Source: Planctomycetota bacterium (GTDB taxonomy: Bacteria; Planctomycetota; Planctomycetia; Gemmatales; Gemmataceae). From it: a stretch of DNA of 64,000 nucleotides. Positions within the stretch are counted from its first letter, which is position 1. Every line of letters starts with the position of its first letter. The notes beneath the pieces are model-generated. The model had not been told where the DNA came from, did no database searches, and saw only the letters and a list, made by a program, of their open reading frames with translations. A program made the translations under genes and the position numbers. The DNA lies in the NCBI GenBank assembly GCA_021807595.1, contig JAKBCS010000002.1, positions 2,178-66,177 on the forward strand, read 5' to 3'. This document shows, piece after piece, positions 27,627 to 37,800 of the stretch.

Positions 27627-28219
27627 ATGAACGTAAACGCGGATCGAATTGCAGGTGTGTTGCTCGGAACGGCGGTAGGCGACGCGATCGAACTGCCGCG
27701 CGAAGGACTATCGCGTCGCCGCGCCGAACGCCTTTTTGGCCCACCCCCTTTGACACATCGTTTCATCTTCGGTCGAGGCATGGGAAGCGACGACACAGAA
27801 CACGCTTGCATGACGGCTTCCTTTCGGGTTGCCTACAACGAACAGGTTGTTGGTTAGCCGCGACGCGCAGCGGAGTGCGAGACCGCGCGCTCCGCTGCGC
27901 GTCGCGGCTAACCGAAACCCCATACGGTCGAGCAGCGGCGACCGGATTGGCCCAACGAATAGCCGACGCTTTCGAGCATACGGCCGTGCAAAAACCGACT
28001 CCTCTGAGGCGAGCCATTGTCGTTGCCGCAACGGACGGCTTCCTCTTTCTTGGTGTAATTGGATTAACTCTGGGACTACTCCTGGGATGGAGCGACCGCG
28101 GGGCCGAGCTGCTATTGCCGGTGCTGGCCGGTAGTGTTTTTTCGATCGGAGGCGCGACCTGTTTCGGTCTGTTGGCCTACTTCTTTAGTCGCGCAGCGGA
28201 CTCATTCGACGACGAATAG
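27627..28219 (+). pseudogene. ADP-ribosylglycohydrolase-like ORF disrupted by a 62-bp palindromic element
   Basis: The first 75 codons carry ARH N-terminal motifs ([20 protein letters not shown]). A stop follows at 27855, inside the palindrome. Deleting 27852..27913 joins this frame to the 27914..28219 frame, which encodes a tail with two hydrophobic helices. Confidence 0.5.
27852..27913. repeat. REP-like palindromic element, family A (perfect copy)
   Basis: GGTTAGCCGCGACGCGCAGCGGAG, a 14-nt loop, then CTCCGCTGCGCGTCGCGGCTAACC. This is a perfect 24-bp stem. Confidence 0.85.
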
Positions 28220-28229
28220 AACTTTCCGC

Positions 28230-28529
28230 CTATTCGGATAACAATTTTGCGATACGGTCTTCCAACTCGGCACGGGGCACTCCGCGAATCAGAAAGCGTT
28301 TGTCGCGGCCGGTCTGCCCGCCGATCAACTCCACTTGCGAACGCTTGATCCCCAGCGCATTCCTCAACTCCTCGATCAAGGCTTTGTTCGCGCGTCCGTC
28401 TTCCGGCGGAGCGGCGACAGCTACCCTGAGTGCGCCCGCTTGCTCGCCCTGCACGCCGGTTCGCCGCGCGCCTGGCTGTGCGCGTACCGGCAAAAGAATC
28501 CCCTCGGCATGATCCGTCAGCGCGATCAT
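28230..28529 (-). CDS. DUF167 (YggU) family protein
   Basis: LLPVRAQPGARR..V.G...ALRVAVAAPPEDGRANKALIEEL. Its ATG overlaps the yggS stop (ATGA at 28526..28529). Confidence 0.8.
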   Translation of the reverse strand: MIALTDHAEGILLPVRAQPGARRTGVQGEQAGALRVAVAAPPEDGRANKALIEELRNALGIKRSQVELIGGQTGRDKRFLIRGVPRAELEDRIAKLLSE

Positions 28530-29218
28530 CCTTCCAACCCCTCGAACAACACCGTGCCGAGTCGTACCATCGTCGCCCCTTCCTCGACGGCAATCTCGAA
28601 ATCGTTGCTCATGCCCATCGACAAATGCGGCAGCGCGCGTCCCCACTCGTTCGCCAACCGATCGCGCAGTTTTCGTAAGGCGGCAAACGTCGGCCTGGTC
28701 TTCTCGGGGTCTTCCGCATGCGCCGCCATCGTCATCAATCCGTCAATGCGGAGGTGCTGCAACTTCGCCACGATCTCCGCCAAGCTCCCCACTTCTTCCG
28801 GCGCGAAGCCGTTCTTGCTCGCCTCGCCGCTGGCGTTCACCTCCAACAGCGCCGGCAGAGTACGCGCTGCCCGCTTGCAAGCTTCCTCCAGCGCCTGTAA
28901 TAGCCGCGCGCTGTCCACCGAATGAATGCGTTCGATCAACGGCAAGGTGCGTTCGATCTTGTTGCGTTGCAGATGTCCGATGAGATGCCAGCGCGCGCCC
29001 TGGACGACGGCGGCTTTGTGCCATAGTTCTTGCGGCCTACTCTCGCCGAGATCGCACGCCCCCAAACCCGGCAAGAGTGCCGCCGTCTCGGCGGAAACGG
29101 TCTTGGTGACGGCGACGAGCGTTACCTCGTTCCGCGCCCTTCCCGCGCGCCGGCAAGCCGCCCGCAGTCGTTCTTCCACCTCGGCCAGTCGTTCGACAAG
29201 CATATTGCGGATCGACAC
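28526..29218 (-). CDS. yggS: YggS-family pyridoxal-phosphate homeostasis protein
   Basis: 230-aa ORF with LVAVTKT (PLP lysine), HLIGHLQRNK and LSMGMSNDFE. Confidence 0.9.
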   Translation of the reverse strand: MSIRNMLVERLAEVEERLRAACRRAGRARNEVTLVAVTKTVSAETAALLPGLGACDLGESRPQELWHKAAVVQGARWHLIGHLQRNKIERTLPLIERIHSVDSARLLQALEEACKRAARTLPALLEVNASGEASKNGFAPEEVGSLAEIVAKLQHLRIDGLMTMAAHAEDPEKTRPTFAALRKLRDRLANEWGRALPHLSMGMSNDFEIAVEEGATMVRLGTVLFEGLEG

Positions 29219-29320
29219 TTCGTGTCGGCGGAAAGAGGCGAGCGGGTATGTCAGCCCCTCAATGGGAAAGAATCGGGAGGCCGACGTCCCCCGCTCGCCA
29301 GAATTCTTTTTCGTTCGCTC

Positions 29321-31075
29321 TTACGTCTTGATCATGTCGTGCACGGTGCGACCGCTGGGGATCATCGGCAGAACGTGTTCTTGATGGGGAACCATGACTT
29401 CGAGGACGAAAGGGCCGTCGCTGTCGAGCATTTCCTTGAGCGCGTCGTCGAAATCTTCCTTCTTAGCGACGCGCGCAGCGCCGCAGCGGAACCCCTTGAC
29501 CATCGTCACGAAATCCGGATACGGCTCCTCTTCATGACCCGCGCCGAGGTAAGTGTGGGCGCGGTTGCCTTCGTGGAAGCGGTCTTCCCATTGCACCACC
29601 ATGCCCAGATGTTGATTGTTCAACAACAGCACTTTAATGGGCAATTTCTCGGTGTAGGCGCAGGCCAGTTCCTGAATGTTCATCAGGAAACTGCCGTCGC
29701 CGTCAATGTCGATGACGGTCGTGGCGGGGTGGGCGACCTGAGCGCCGATAGCGGCGGGTAGACCGAAACCCATCGAACCGAGTCCGCCGCTGGTCAGCCA
29801 TTTTCGCGGCGAATTGAAGTGGAAATACTGGGCCGCCCACATCTGATGTTGGCCGACGCCGGTGGCGACGATGGTATTCTCCAGTTCGCCGCGCTCCTTC
29901 AGAATCTGCCACATGCGCTCGATGGCGTACTGCGGTAGAATGGCGTCCTCGCGGTCGGCGTAGCGGAGCGGCTCCGTCTCGCGCCAGTGTTCGATTTGCC
30001 GAATCCACTCGGCGCAGCGGCCGCTTCGCGTGGGGGCTTTCGTCCCCTGTTCGTCCATCAACTGCAACAGATCTTGCAACGCCTGCTTCACGTCGCCGAC
30101 GATGGGCAAGTGAGCCACCTTGTTTTTGTTGATCTCCGACGGATCGATGTCGATATGCACGATCTTGCCGTGCTTGGCGAACTCGCTCACCTTGCCCGTG
30201 ACGCGGTCGTCGAAGCGAACGCCGAGGGCGAGGAGCAAATCGGCGTCGTTGATGGCATAGTTGGCGTAGATGGTTCCGTGCATGCCAAGCATCTGCAAGC
30301 ACAAGAAATGCTCGCTGGGAAAGCCGCCCAGGCCGAGAAGCGTTTGCGCCACGGGGATGCCGGCGCGCTCGGCGAACGCTTTCAAATAAGGAGCGGCGTC
30401 GCTGCTGACGATGCCTCCTCCGGCATAGACGATCGGCTTCTCGCTGGAGCGGATCATCTCCAATACTTTTTCCAATTCGGAGCGCGTGGCTCGGCGATAG
30501 GGACGGTAGCCGGGCAAGTTCATGGGCGGATCCCAATCGGCGACGACGATCTCTCGCTGCTGCACGTCCTTGGGCACATCGACGAGAACGGGACCGGGAC
30601 GGCCAGAGCTTGCGATATGAAACGCCTCTTTGAAGACGCGCGGCAAATCTTCGGTGCGCGTCACCAAGTAATGGTGCTTGGTGACGGCGCGACAGACTTC
30701 GACGATCGGCGTTTCCTGAAAGGCGTCGGAACCGATGACGGCCGTGCCGACCTGGCCGGTGATGGCGACGAGTGGGACGGAATCCATCTTGGCGTCGGCA
30801 AGGGTGGTGACGAAGTTGGTAGCGCCAGGCCCGCTGGTGGCCACGCATACGCCGACCTTGCCGGTGCTGCGAGCGTATCCCTCGGCGGCGAAACCTCCCC
30901 CCTGTTCGTGGCGCGGAAGAATGGTCCGCAAGCGCGAGCGTACATGGGTCAACGCCTGATGAATCGGCATGCTTGCGCCGCCGGGATAGGCGAAGACGAC
31001 CTCGACACCGTGATTCAGCAAGCACTGAACCAGGATCGACGCTCCCGAAAGCGGTGTCGTATCTGTCGCGGCCAT
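29321..31075 (-). CDS. ilvB: acetolactate synthase, large (catalytic) subunit
   Basis: ThDP enzyme motifs are present ([36 protein letters not shown]). The ATG at 31075 is preceded by GGAGG 9 nt upstream. The ORF is open up to 31117. Confidence 0.9.
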   Translation of the reverse strand: MAATDTTPLSGASILVQCLLNHGVEVVFAYPGGASMPIHQALTHVRSRLRTILPRHEQGGGFAAEGYARSTGKVGVCVATSGPGATNFVTTLADAKMDSVPLVAITGQVGTAVIGSDAFQETPIVEVCRAVTKHHYLVTRTEDLPRVFKEAFHIASSGRPGPVLVDVPKDVQQREIVVADWDPPMNLPGYRPYRRATRSELEKVLEMIRSSEKPIVYAGGGIVSSDAAPYLKAFAERAGIPVAQTLLGLGGFPSEHFLCLQMLGMHGTIYANYAINDADLLLALGVRFDDRVTGKVSEFAKHGKIVHIDIDPSEINKNKVAHLPIVGDVKQALQDLLQLMDEQGTKAPTRSGRCAEWIRQIEHWRETEPLRYADREDAILPQYAIERMWQILKERGELENTIVATGVGQHQMWAAQYFHFNSPRKWLTSGGLGSMGFGLPAAIGAQVAHPATTVIDIDGDGSFLMNIQELACAYTEKLPIKVLLLNNQHLGMVVQWEDRFHEGNRAHTYLGAGHEEEPYPDFVTMVKGFRCGAARVAKKEDFDDALKEMLDSDGPFVLEVMVPHQEHVLPMIPSGRTVHDMIKT

Positions 31076-31188
31076 TGTCGCAAAACCTCCAGCTGCATGG
31101 TACGTTGGATAACTCACAACAGTTTAGTATACAGCCGATGGGAAGGACGGCCAAGTTCGCTGGTTGGGGCGTGGGGAGGGCGAGACGA

Positions 31189-31803
31189 CTAGTCCTCGCC
31201 CATCTCTTGCCGCAGAGCCGTGAGGGCGCGCATTTGCAACATGCGCACCGCGCCGGCCGTGCGGCCCATGCGCTCCGCCACCTCATCCGCCGGTAGTTCC
31301 TCGAAAACGCGCAGAAGGAGGACGGTTTGATAGTCCTCCGGTAGGCACGCGAGGGCATCGGCGATGCGCGAGGCAGATTCGTGTTCTTGGGCAATCTCGC
31401 TGGGACTGGGGCCGCCGTCCGCCAAACCGCGTTGGAGTATCCACGACGAATCTTCGACGCCAGCCCGCACATGCTCCAGTGAGACTTCGCGGTCGGCGGC
31501 GCGTTGCAGCGCGGCGTAGCGGCGTGCTTCGTTGAACAAGTTGTGCGCCAAGATGCGCCGCAGCCAAGCCAGCAATTCCCTCTCGTGTTCGCCCTGAAAG
31601 GCGGCGAAATCGCGATGGGCTTCCATCAGAGTTTGTTGAACCAAATCGGAGGGCGCGCACTTGACGCGCAGCCGTTTACCGAGTTGGGCCTGCGCCAAAA
31701 CGTGGAGGTAGGTCTGATAGCGCGCGAACAACTCGTCGCGCGCTTCGGCCTCGCCGTCGCGGCAGCGGCGAATCAAATCGGAAACGGTGGACGAAATAGT
31801 CAT
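31189..31803 (-). CDS. ECF-type RNA polymerase sigma-70 factor
   Basis: Region 2 (DLVQQTLMEAHRDFAAF) and region 4 (YQTVLLLRVFEELPADEVAERMGRTAGAVRMLQMRAL) are both present. Confidence 0.85.
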   Translation of the reverse strand: MTISSTVSDLIRRCRDGEAEARDELFARYQTYLHVLAQAQLGKRLRVKCAPSDLVQQTLMEAHRDFAAFQGEHERELLAWLRRILAHNLFNEARRYAALQRAADREVSLEHVRAGVEDSSWILQRGLADGGPSPSEIAQEHESASRIADALACLPEDYQTVLLLRVFEELPADEVAERMGRTAGAVRMLQMRALTALRQEMGED

Positions 31804-31978
31804 GGTCGAGGATTCCTCCGGGGATTCTTCGAGTGTAATCGATGGAAGCAATGAAGGCAACGGTGAGGCGGCGGCATCTCGGTCGCCGAGTCCCTCTTGC
31901 CAAGCCGCGCATCATCCCCTTAACTGACAGAAAGGATCGAAACTCACGCCTCGGTTACGCACATTGGGAGGAAATCGA

Positions 31979-32560
31979 ATGCGACGACTACTCGGCTTCG
32001 CGGTGTTGGGCTTTGTGGCCGCTGCTTGCAGCCTCTCCGCCGGAGAATCGAACGCGGCCGACGGCGACAAGGACAAGCCCAAGGGAGTTGTCGTGGACCT
32101 CGATGGTCTTAAATCGGTCGCCCCAGGCGATTGGAAGGAAGAAACGCCGTCCAATCGGATGCGCTTCATGCAGTTCCGCTTGCCCAAAAAGGACGGCGAC
32201 AAAGACGACGCGGAGTTGATCGTGTTCAAAGGTTTGGGTGGCGGGAGCAAGGCAAACGTCGAGCGATGGAAGGGCCAGTTCGTGCCGCCCAAGGACAAGA
32301 AAATCGACGACGTTGCCAAAGTGATGGAGATCAAACTCGGCGAGCAGAAGGCGGTATTCCTCGACATCACGGGGACATATCAGTTTAGTTCGCAACCGTT
32401 CAACCCGCGCGCCAAAAAGGAAGAAAAGCCAAACTACCGGATGCTCGCCATCTACTTCGATGGTCCCAAGGATGTCTACCAGATCAAGTTGACTGGACCT
32501 GCCAAGACGGTCGAAGCCTATAAAAAGGGCTTCGATGTATGGGTCAAGAACTTCAAGTAA
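31979..32560 (+). CDS. secreted hypothetical protein (Lys/Asp-rich)
   Basis: The ATG is preceded by GGAGG. It has a signal peptide (MRRLLGFAVLGFVAAACSLSAGES). I recognise no domain. Confidence 0.65.
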   Translation: MRRLLGFAVLGFVAAACSLSAGESNAADGDKDKPKGVVVDLDGLKSVAPGDWKEETPSNRMRFMQFRLPKKDGDKDDAELIVFKGLGGGSKANVERWKGQFVPPKDKKIDDVAKVMEIKLGEQKAVFLDITGTYQFSSQPFNPRAKKEEKPNYRMLAIYFDGPKDVYQIKLTGPAKTVEAYKKGFDVWVKNFK

Positions 32561-32692
32561 GAGACTGTCTCATCAGCTCCCTTCTCGCCTGTACTCAGAG
32601 GAGAGGGGTAGGGGTGAGGGGCAAGAAATCTCGGAAAACTCACCCTTTCTCCCCCTGAGTACAGGGGGAGAGAGGGCTTTTGGGACAGACTC
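32561..32692. repeat. inverted pair of REP-like elements, family B
   Basis: Copy 1 is 32561..32608, in reverse orientation. Copy 2 is 32648..32692 (CCCCCTGAGTACAGGGGGAGAGAGGGC...GGGACAGACTC). A third copy lies at 45776..45822. Confidence 0.7.
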
Positions 32693-32754
32693 CAAGCGAC
32701 GGAGAGCCGGCTCGCGGTATCGATCTTCGGGACACTCCACGAGGATGCCGCGAG

Positions 32755-33834
32755 TTGGCCGGAAACGGAGATTCCGCCATTCGCATCGACGAATTCGATT
32801 ACGATTTGCCGCCGGGGCTGATCGCGCAGACACCTTGCTCCCAACGCGACCAAGCGAGGTTGATGGTACTCCGCCGCTCCGGTGAAGCGCTGGAACATCG
32901 GCACTTCCACGAGTTGCCGACGTTGCTTGATCCCGGCGATCTGCTGGTGTTGAACGATACCCGCGTTCTTCCCGCTCGCGTGATCGGTCGCCGCGCGCGC
33001 ACCGAGGGCAAGTGGGAAGGGCTGATTCTTGGCGCAGCACCAGAAGGGAACTGGGAATTACTCTGTCAGACGCGCGGTCGTTTGATCGTCGGCGAGACTT
33101 TACTCGTCGATCCCACGAACGGCGATGCCTCCACGCCGCCCTTGCGTTTGTGCCTGATCGGCAAGACGCCCGGCGGCCACTGGTTGGCACAGCCGAGCGA
33201 ACCCGGAACCATGGCCGAATTGCTCGGACGGTATGGCCGCGTGCCGCTCCCTCCGTACATCCGCAAGGGCCGTGCCAACGAGGGCGACCGCGAACGCTAT
33301 CAGACGGTCTACGCCCAACGCGAAGGGGCGGTGGCTGCTCCGACGGCGGGACTGCACTTCACCCCGGCCGTTTTTGAAGCGTTGAAGCAGCGCGATATCG
33401 AATGTTCCTTCGTCACGTTGCACGTTGGGCCGGGGACGTTTCAGTCGGTGCAAGTCGAAGAAGTCGCCGAGCATCGGATGCAGAGCGAATGGTGCGAGTT
33501 GTCGGCCACGACCGTCGATGCCATCGAGGCATGTAAGAAGCGAGGCCGTCGCGTCGTCGCCGTAGGTACGACTTCCGTGCGGGTCTTGGAGACCGTGGGT
33601 CAAAAGGGAATGCCCCTGACGGCGTGGTCGGGAAACACGGACTTAACCGTTTGTCCTCCGTTCGAGTTTCGCGTCGTCGATGCGCTGGTGACGAATTTTC
33701 ACCTGCCGCGCTCCAGTTTATTGCTCCTCGTCGCCGCCTTCGCCGGACTGGAACCGATGCGGCAAGCGTATCGAGTCGCCATCGAACAACTGTATCGCTT
33801 CTACAGCTACGGCGATGCCATGCTGATTCTGTAA
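32755..33834 (+). CDS. queA: S-adenosylmethionine:tRNA ribosyltransferase-isomerase
   Basis: IDEFDYDLPPGLIAQTP, GHW and LPPYI motifs, with the C-terminus YRFYSYGDAMLI. There is no in-frame ATG. The TTG at 32755 is preceded by GAGGA 9 nt upstream. The ORF-track start at 32680 is also a TTG and lies inside a repeat. Confidence 0.85.
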   Translation: MAGNGDSAIRIDEFDYDLPPGLIAQTPCSQRDQARLMVLRRSGEALEHRHFHELPTLLDPGDLLVLNDTRVLPARVIGRRARTEGKWEGLILGAAPEGNWELLCQTRGRLIVGETLLVDPTNGDASTPPLRLCLIGKTPGGHWLAQPSEPGTMAELLGRYGRVPLPPYIRKGRANEGDRERYQTVYAQREGAVAAPTAGLHFTPAVFEALKQRDIECSFVTLHVGPGTFQSVQVEEVAEHRMQSEWCELSATTVDAIEACKKRGRRVVAVGTTSVRVLETVGQKGMPLTAWSGNTDLTVCPPFEFRVVDALVTNFHLPRSSLLLLVAAFAGLEPMRQAYRVAIEQLYRFYSYGDAMLIL

Positions 33835-33893
33835 CGGACAATCCTGACGTGGACAATCGCATTCTCCATCTCGACGTTCGCAACGGCTCCCTG

Positions 33894-34676
33894 ATGCCCG
33901 CTCAGTCGGAAGTGTGGATTCGCGTGGTCCCAGAATGGCAATCGCCCACGACCGAACTGCGCGGCCGGCTCATGGGACCGCGCTGTCCTTATGCGAGTAC
34001 CGTGGAGGTGGCGTATCCACTGCGTCCGATGCCGCAACGAGAAAGCTCCGACCGTTTGACGGCGCGCGTCGTCATCCCAGAAGCCAGCTTATGGGATACG
34101 GAGAGCCCGTTTCTCTATCGAGGACCGATCGAACTGTGGCAAGACGGTAGATGCTGCGAACGAATCGTACTCTGCCACGGATTGCGATCGGTTCTCTTGG
34201 GCGAGCGCGGTCTCTCGCTCAACGGCAAGCCGATGAGTCTCCGGGGGCAAACGGTCGCCTCCTGTACCGAAGCGGAGGCTCTGAAACTCCGCGAGAATGG
34301 GTGCAACTTACTGATCGTCCCGGTCGAAGAGAGTACCCTTTCGCTCTGGGAACGTGCCGACCGTCTGGGCTTCCACGTTTTGGGGCAATTGAAGGATGGG
34401 AGCGAGAAAACACTTAAATACCTGAATCGGCTCCATTCGCAGCCGAGCTGTTTGGGTTGGCTCGTGGAGAAAGGGATACATCCACCTCTCGACCTCCTGC
34501 CGCCGAGATGCCTAGTCGGTCTGGTGTGCGATGAAACCGCCCCGTCGCTTCCCCTGTGGACCGGCCATTTTTTATTTGGCCCGGCGGAGTTGGCGAATCT
34601 CGGCAAGGCGTTGCTCGTGAAGGGGGAAACGTCTCTACCACTTGTAAGCGGCTCAATTCTGGGACACGCCTCGTGA
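33894..34676 (+). CDS. short glycoside-hydrolase-family-2-like protein (truncated or degenerate)
   Basis: 260-aa ORF. ASLWDTESPFLYRG..., GLRSVLLGERGLSLNGKPMSLRG and LRENGCNLLIV...ADRLGFHVLGQL resemble the GH2 junction into the TIM barrel. The protein is much shorter than GH2 enzymes and I see no SHYP-type segment. Confidence 0.4.
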   Translation: MPAQSEVWIRVVPEWQSPTTELRGRLMGPRCPYASTVEVAYPLRPMPQRESSDRLTARVVIPEASLWDTESPFLYRGPIELWQDGRCCERIVLCHGLRSVLLGERGLSLNGKPMSLRGQTVASCTEAEALKLRENGCNLLIVPVEESTLSLWERADRLGFHVLGQLKDGSEKTLKYLNRLHSQPSCLGWLVEKGIHPPLDLLPPRCLVGLVCDETAPSLPLWTGHFLFGPAELANLGKALLVKGETSLPLVSGSILGHAS

Positions 34677-34886
34677 GCCGTTCCCTCGGCCACACCCACG
34701 GTAGAAAAGTTGCTACAATCCCTAAAGGTTGCACATTCCTCAATCTGTAGATGCTCCCCTTTCCGATCGCAAAGTTTTCCTTGCGGGAAAAGTTCCCCCA
34801 ATCTGTTAGAATGGTAGATTGAGACACGTCGATTTTACGGATGGTAGCGAACGCCGTCGGGTCTCGAGAGGCAGGAGGAGGCATCC

Positions 34887-37800
34887 ATGTTATCCTCGCT
34901 CGGCAGGTATCTCATTTTGCTCCTTCTGGGCGCGACGATCGCCTTGTCGTCGCATGCACAAGAGAAACCCGCGAAGTCCGCGCCCTCTACAAAGAGCGGC
35001 GGCAAGGACAAGAAGACTCCACCCGATGTCGAATCGAAAAAGGCCGCCGATCTGAAAAAGCTGGACCTGGCTTCGCTTCCCGCCGAGGCCGTTCTCATTT
35101 TGTGCGAGCGAGTCAATGAAGCGCTCGAACTGTTTCCCAAACTGGTCGTTTTGAGACCCGAAAAATATCAGGAGATGCGCGACGAGATCGAACGCCTCAA
35201 GGAACAGCTTCAGTCCGAGAAACTGACAACCACGCCGACGCGGTGCGTTCTGCGCGGCAAGGTCGAAGTCAATGCCGTTCGGTTCGAGGCGGAGTTCACC
35301 GGGACGACGGATCGCGCCGCCACTTGGGTGGCGCTGGCTTGCCAGCAGGCCGGCGCGTCGGTAGCCGAGACCGATGGAAACAAAGCACACATTCGCCGCA
35401 ACGAATCGAGCGGATTCGCAGTGCGAATCGAGAAAGCGGGCGACTATCGCGTCAAGCTCGATTTGATTCTGCCGTTGGCATCGCGGGACGGCAGTACACG
35501 CGGTTTCGAGTTGTCGCTGCCGCGCCCCGTCATAACCACTCTCGAACTCGAATTGCCCGCCAACGTGAAGGATGTGCGCGTCGGCGGACGCCTCCTCAAA
35601 GATGCGCGCCTCTCGGGTCTGACGCTGAAAAATAATCGCCAGCTCCAAGGTAATCCCAGTCTCGAACCCGTCGAAAAACTCGACGTATCGTGGAAAGATA
35701 ATCGGCGGCCGGTGGGCGAGCCGATGCGCACGGCCTTGGGAACGATTCAGGTGCGTTTGGACGAGACTGGACTGACGACCGAAGCCGATCTGCTGCTCGC
35801 GGTCGAAGGCGCACCGACCAACGAATGGCGTTTGCTGGTTCCGCACAAGGCCGAAGTCAAAGTCGATCCACCGGACGACGTTCGCATTCAAGAGATTCGC
35901 ATGGTCCCCGATACCCCCTTCTCTTCGCAGTGCATCCTTCGCTTGAAAGAAGCGAGCGGCGATCCGTTCCACGTTCGCATTCGCGTGCCGTCGCAGTTGC
36001 ATCCCAAATCGCCCATGCCGGTGGGGCCGTTCTGCGTCCTCGACGCCGTACGGCAAAGGGGAACTGTTGTGGTTCGCAATCGAGTGCGCAACGTGCAATT
36101 GGATTATCGCGGACACGGCGACATGCAGCTGCGCCGCCAACAAACGGCCGAGATCGGGGAGACGCCGGGAACGGTCGCGACCCTGGAATACATCGATATA
36201 CCCAGAGTGAGCAAGCCGAGTCAGGCGACGGGTCCGCACTCGTTGTCGTGGCTGGATCTGGTCGCGGAGACATCGCTCCCGCAAGTGCGGACGCGCGTTT
36301 CCCATACGCTTAGGCTTCGTCCCAGCAACAACGAGGGGGCGATGAGCTGGGTTATTGAAACGACGATCGTGCCGGAGTCGAAATGGAGCGACGGCGAACC
36401 GTTGAGAGTCTTCGTGCCCGCCGACTGGCAATCCAGCGATGAAAACGTCTCCGTCAACGGAAAGGCCGAGGCCCGTTATGTCTTGCTACCGATCCCACGC
36501 AATGCGTCTTCTTCGCCCTTGCGTTTGGACGGCAGCTATTCGACCGTCCACGAGGCCGACGGGCGCGTCGCTTTCAAACTGCCGCGACCTCAAGGAGCCG
36601 TCGAATCGTGCGATGTCTCGTTCGTTGCGCCGGCCGACATCGAATTAGTCGTCAACAACCGCGAAGCACTCAATATGGAGCCGGGAAAGTCGAATCGCCC
36701 CAACGAACAGACCTGGCGCTGCCTCAACGGCGCGCCGGACGGAGTCGGCATCGACGTGAACTGGAGGCCGTATCGCCCCGAACTGCGCGTCGCGTCGGTC
36801 ATCGATCTGACGTTAAACGGCAACCACGGCGATCTGCGCCACGAATTGCGTCTCCAGTTACCACCGATCCCGCCGGCTTCGTTGAACCTCCGCGTGCCGG
36901 ACAGCATCGATGACGTGCGGGTGGAAAGCGGAGAATGGAGAGCGGAGAAAAGAAACGGTAGATTCGTCCTCGTCCCCACTGCAACTCTCCACGCTTCACC
37001 CACGAAGCCTTTGCTGCTACACTATACGGCTCCGTTGACGGGAAAAACCTCCGAGACGGGCGCGAGGAACACGCCGCTCCTCGTGCCGTTGGTATCCGTG
37101 GAACAGGCGACGGCGAACGATGTCAAAGTTCGCATCTGGAGCGAACCGGGCGTTCTGCCACGATTGGCGGCAAGCCGAGCCTGGGAAGAACTCGGCATCG
37201 AAGAAGTCGAGGGACGCCGCGATCTGCCGGTGTTGGTGTTGCGCGCCGCGCGGCGCGACGTGCCATTGCGGTTGATTGTGGCCGAGTACTCGGCGAGCTA
37301 CACTGTTCTCGTCGAGCGTTCGCAGTTGCGTGTAAGTCTGGGCGAGAACGGCGTGCAATCTTGGCGCGCGCGCTTCCAAATCCGCCAACTCGCTCAGCGC
37401 GATCTCGACATCTCGTTTCCGGTTCCCGTGGCCACTCTTCACGCTCGCTTTTTCCTCAACGGCAAACAAGTGACCCCGGCTTTGCTAGACGACAAGGGCG
37501 AGCCTACCGACGGGGGCGAAGTGGCGCGGCTGCGCTTGTCGCCCGAACTGATTCGGCAGACCTCTCTGCTGGAAGTGTCCTTTCAGTCGCTGCCAACACG
37601 AAGCGAACGCAGCCCGTTGCATACTCTCTTGCAGCCGCCGCTGCTGCGGGGAGCGCCTACCGTTCCAGCGCGCTGGCTGGTGAGCGTGCCCGGCAATCGC
37701 GTGTTGCTTTCACCCGAATGCGAAGCGGGAGCGGAGCGCTCCTGGACTCGCCACGGTTGGCTTTTGGCCGCTCGCTTGCAACAGAGCAGCGCCGACCTCG

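Noticed and set aside
27611-27851. Upstream part of the 202-aa frame-2 ORF (27611..28219) as an independent gene
   Set aside because: Its first 80 codons overlap the ARH-like N-terminus in another frame and encode Arg-rich sequence. Only the part after the palindrome (27914 onward) looks protein-like, so I treated it as the displaced 3' half of the disrupted gene.
29703-31472. 589-aa ORF in an alternative frame spanning ilvB and the ECF sigma gene
   Set aside because: It overlaps two well-supported genes in another frame on the same strand. Its product is extremely Arg-rich and not protein-like.
34890-36431. 513-aa ORF antisense to the first giant gene
   Set aside because: It has no motifs and is antisense to an ORF that has an RBS, a signal peptide and paralogues. 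I treat it as spurious.
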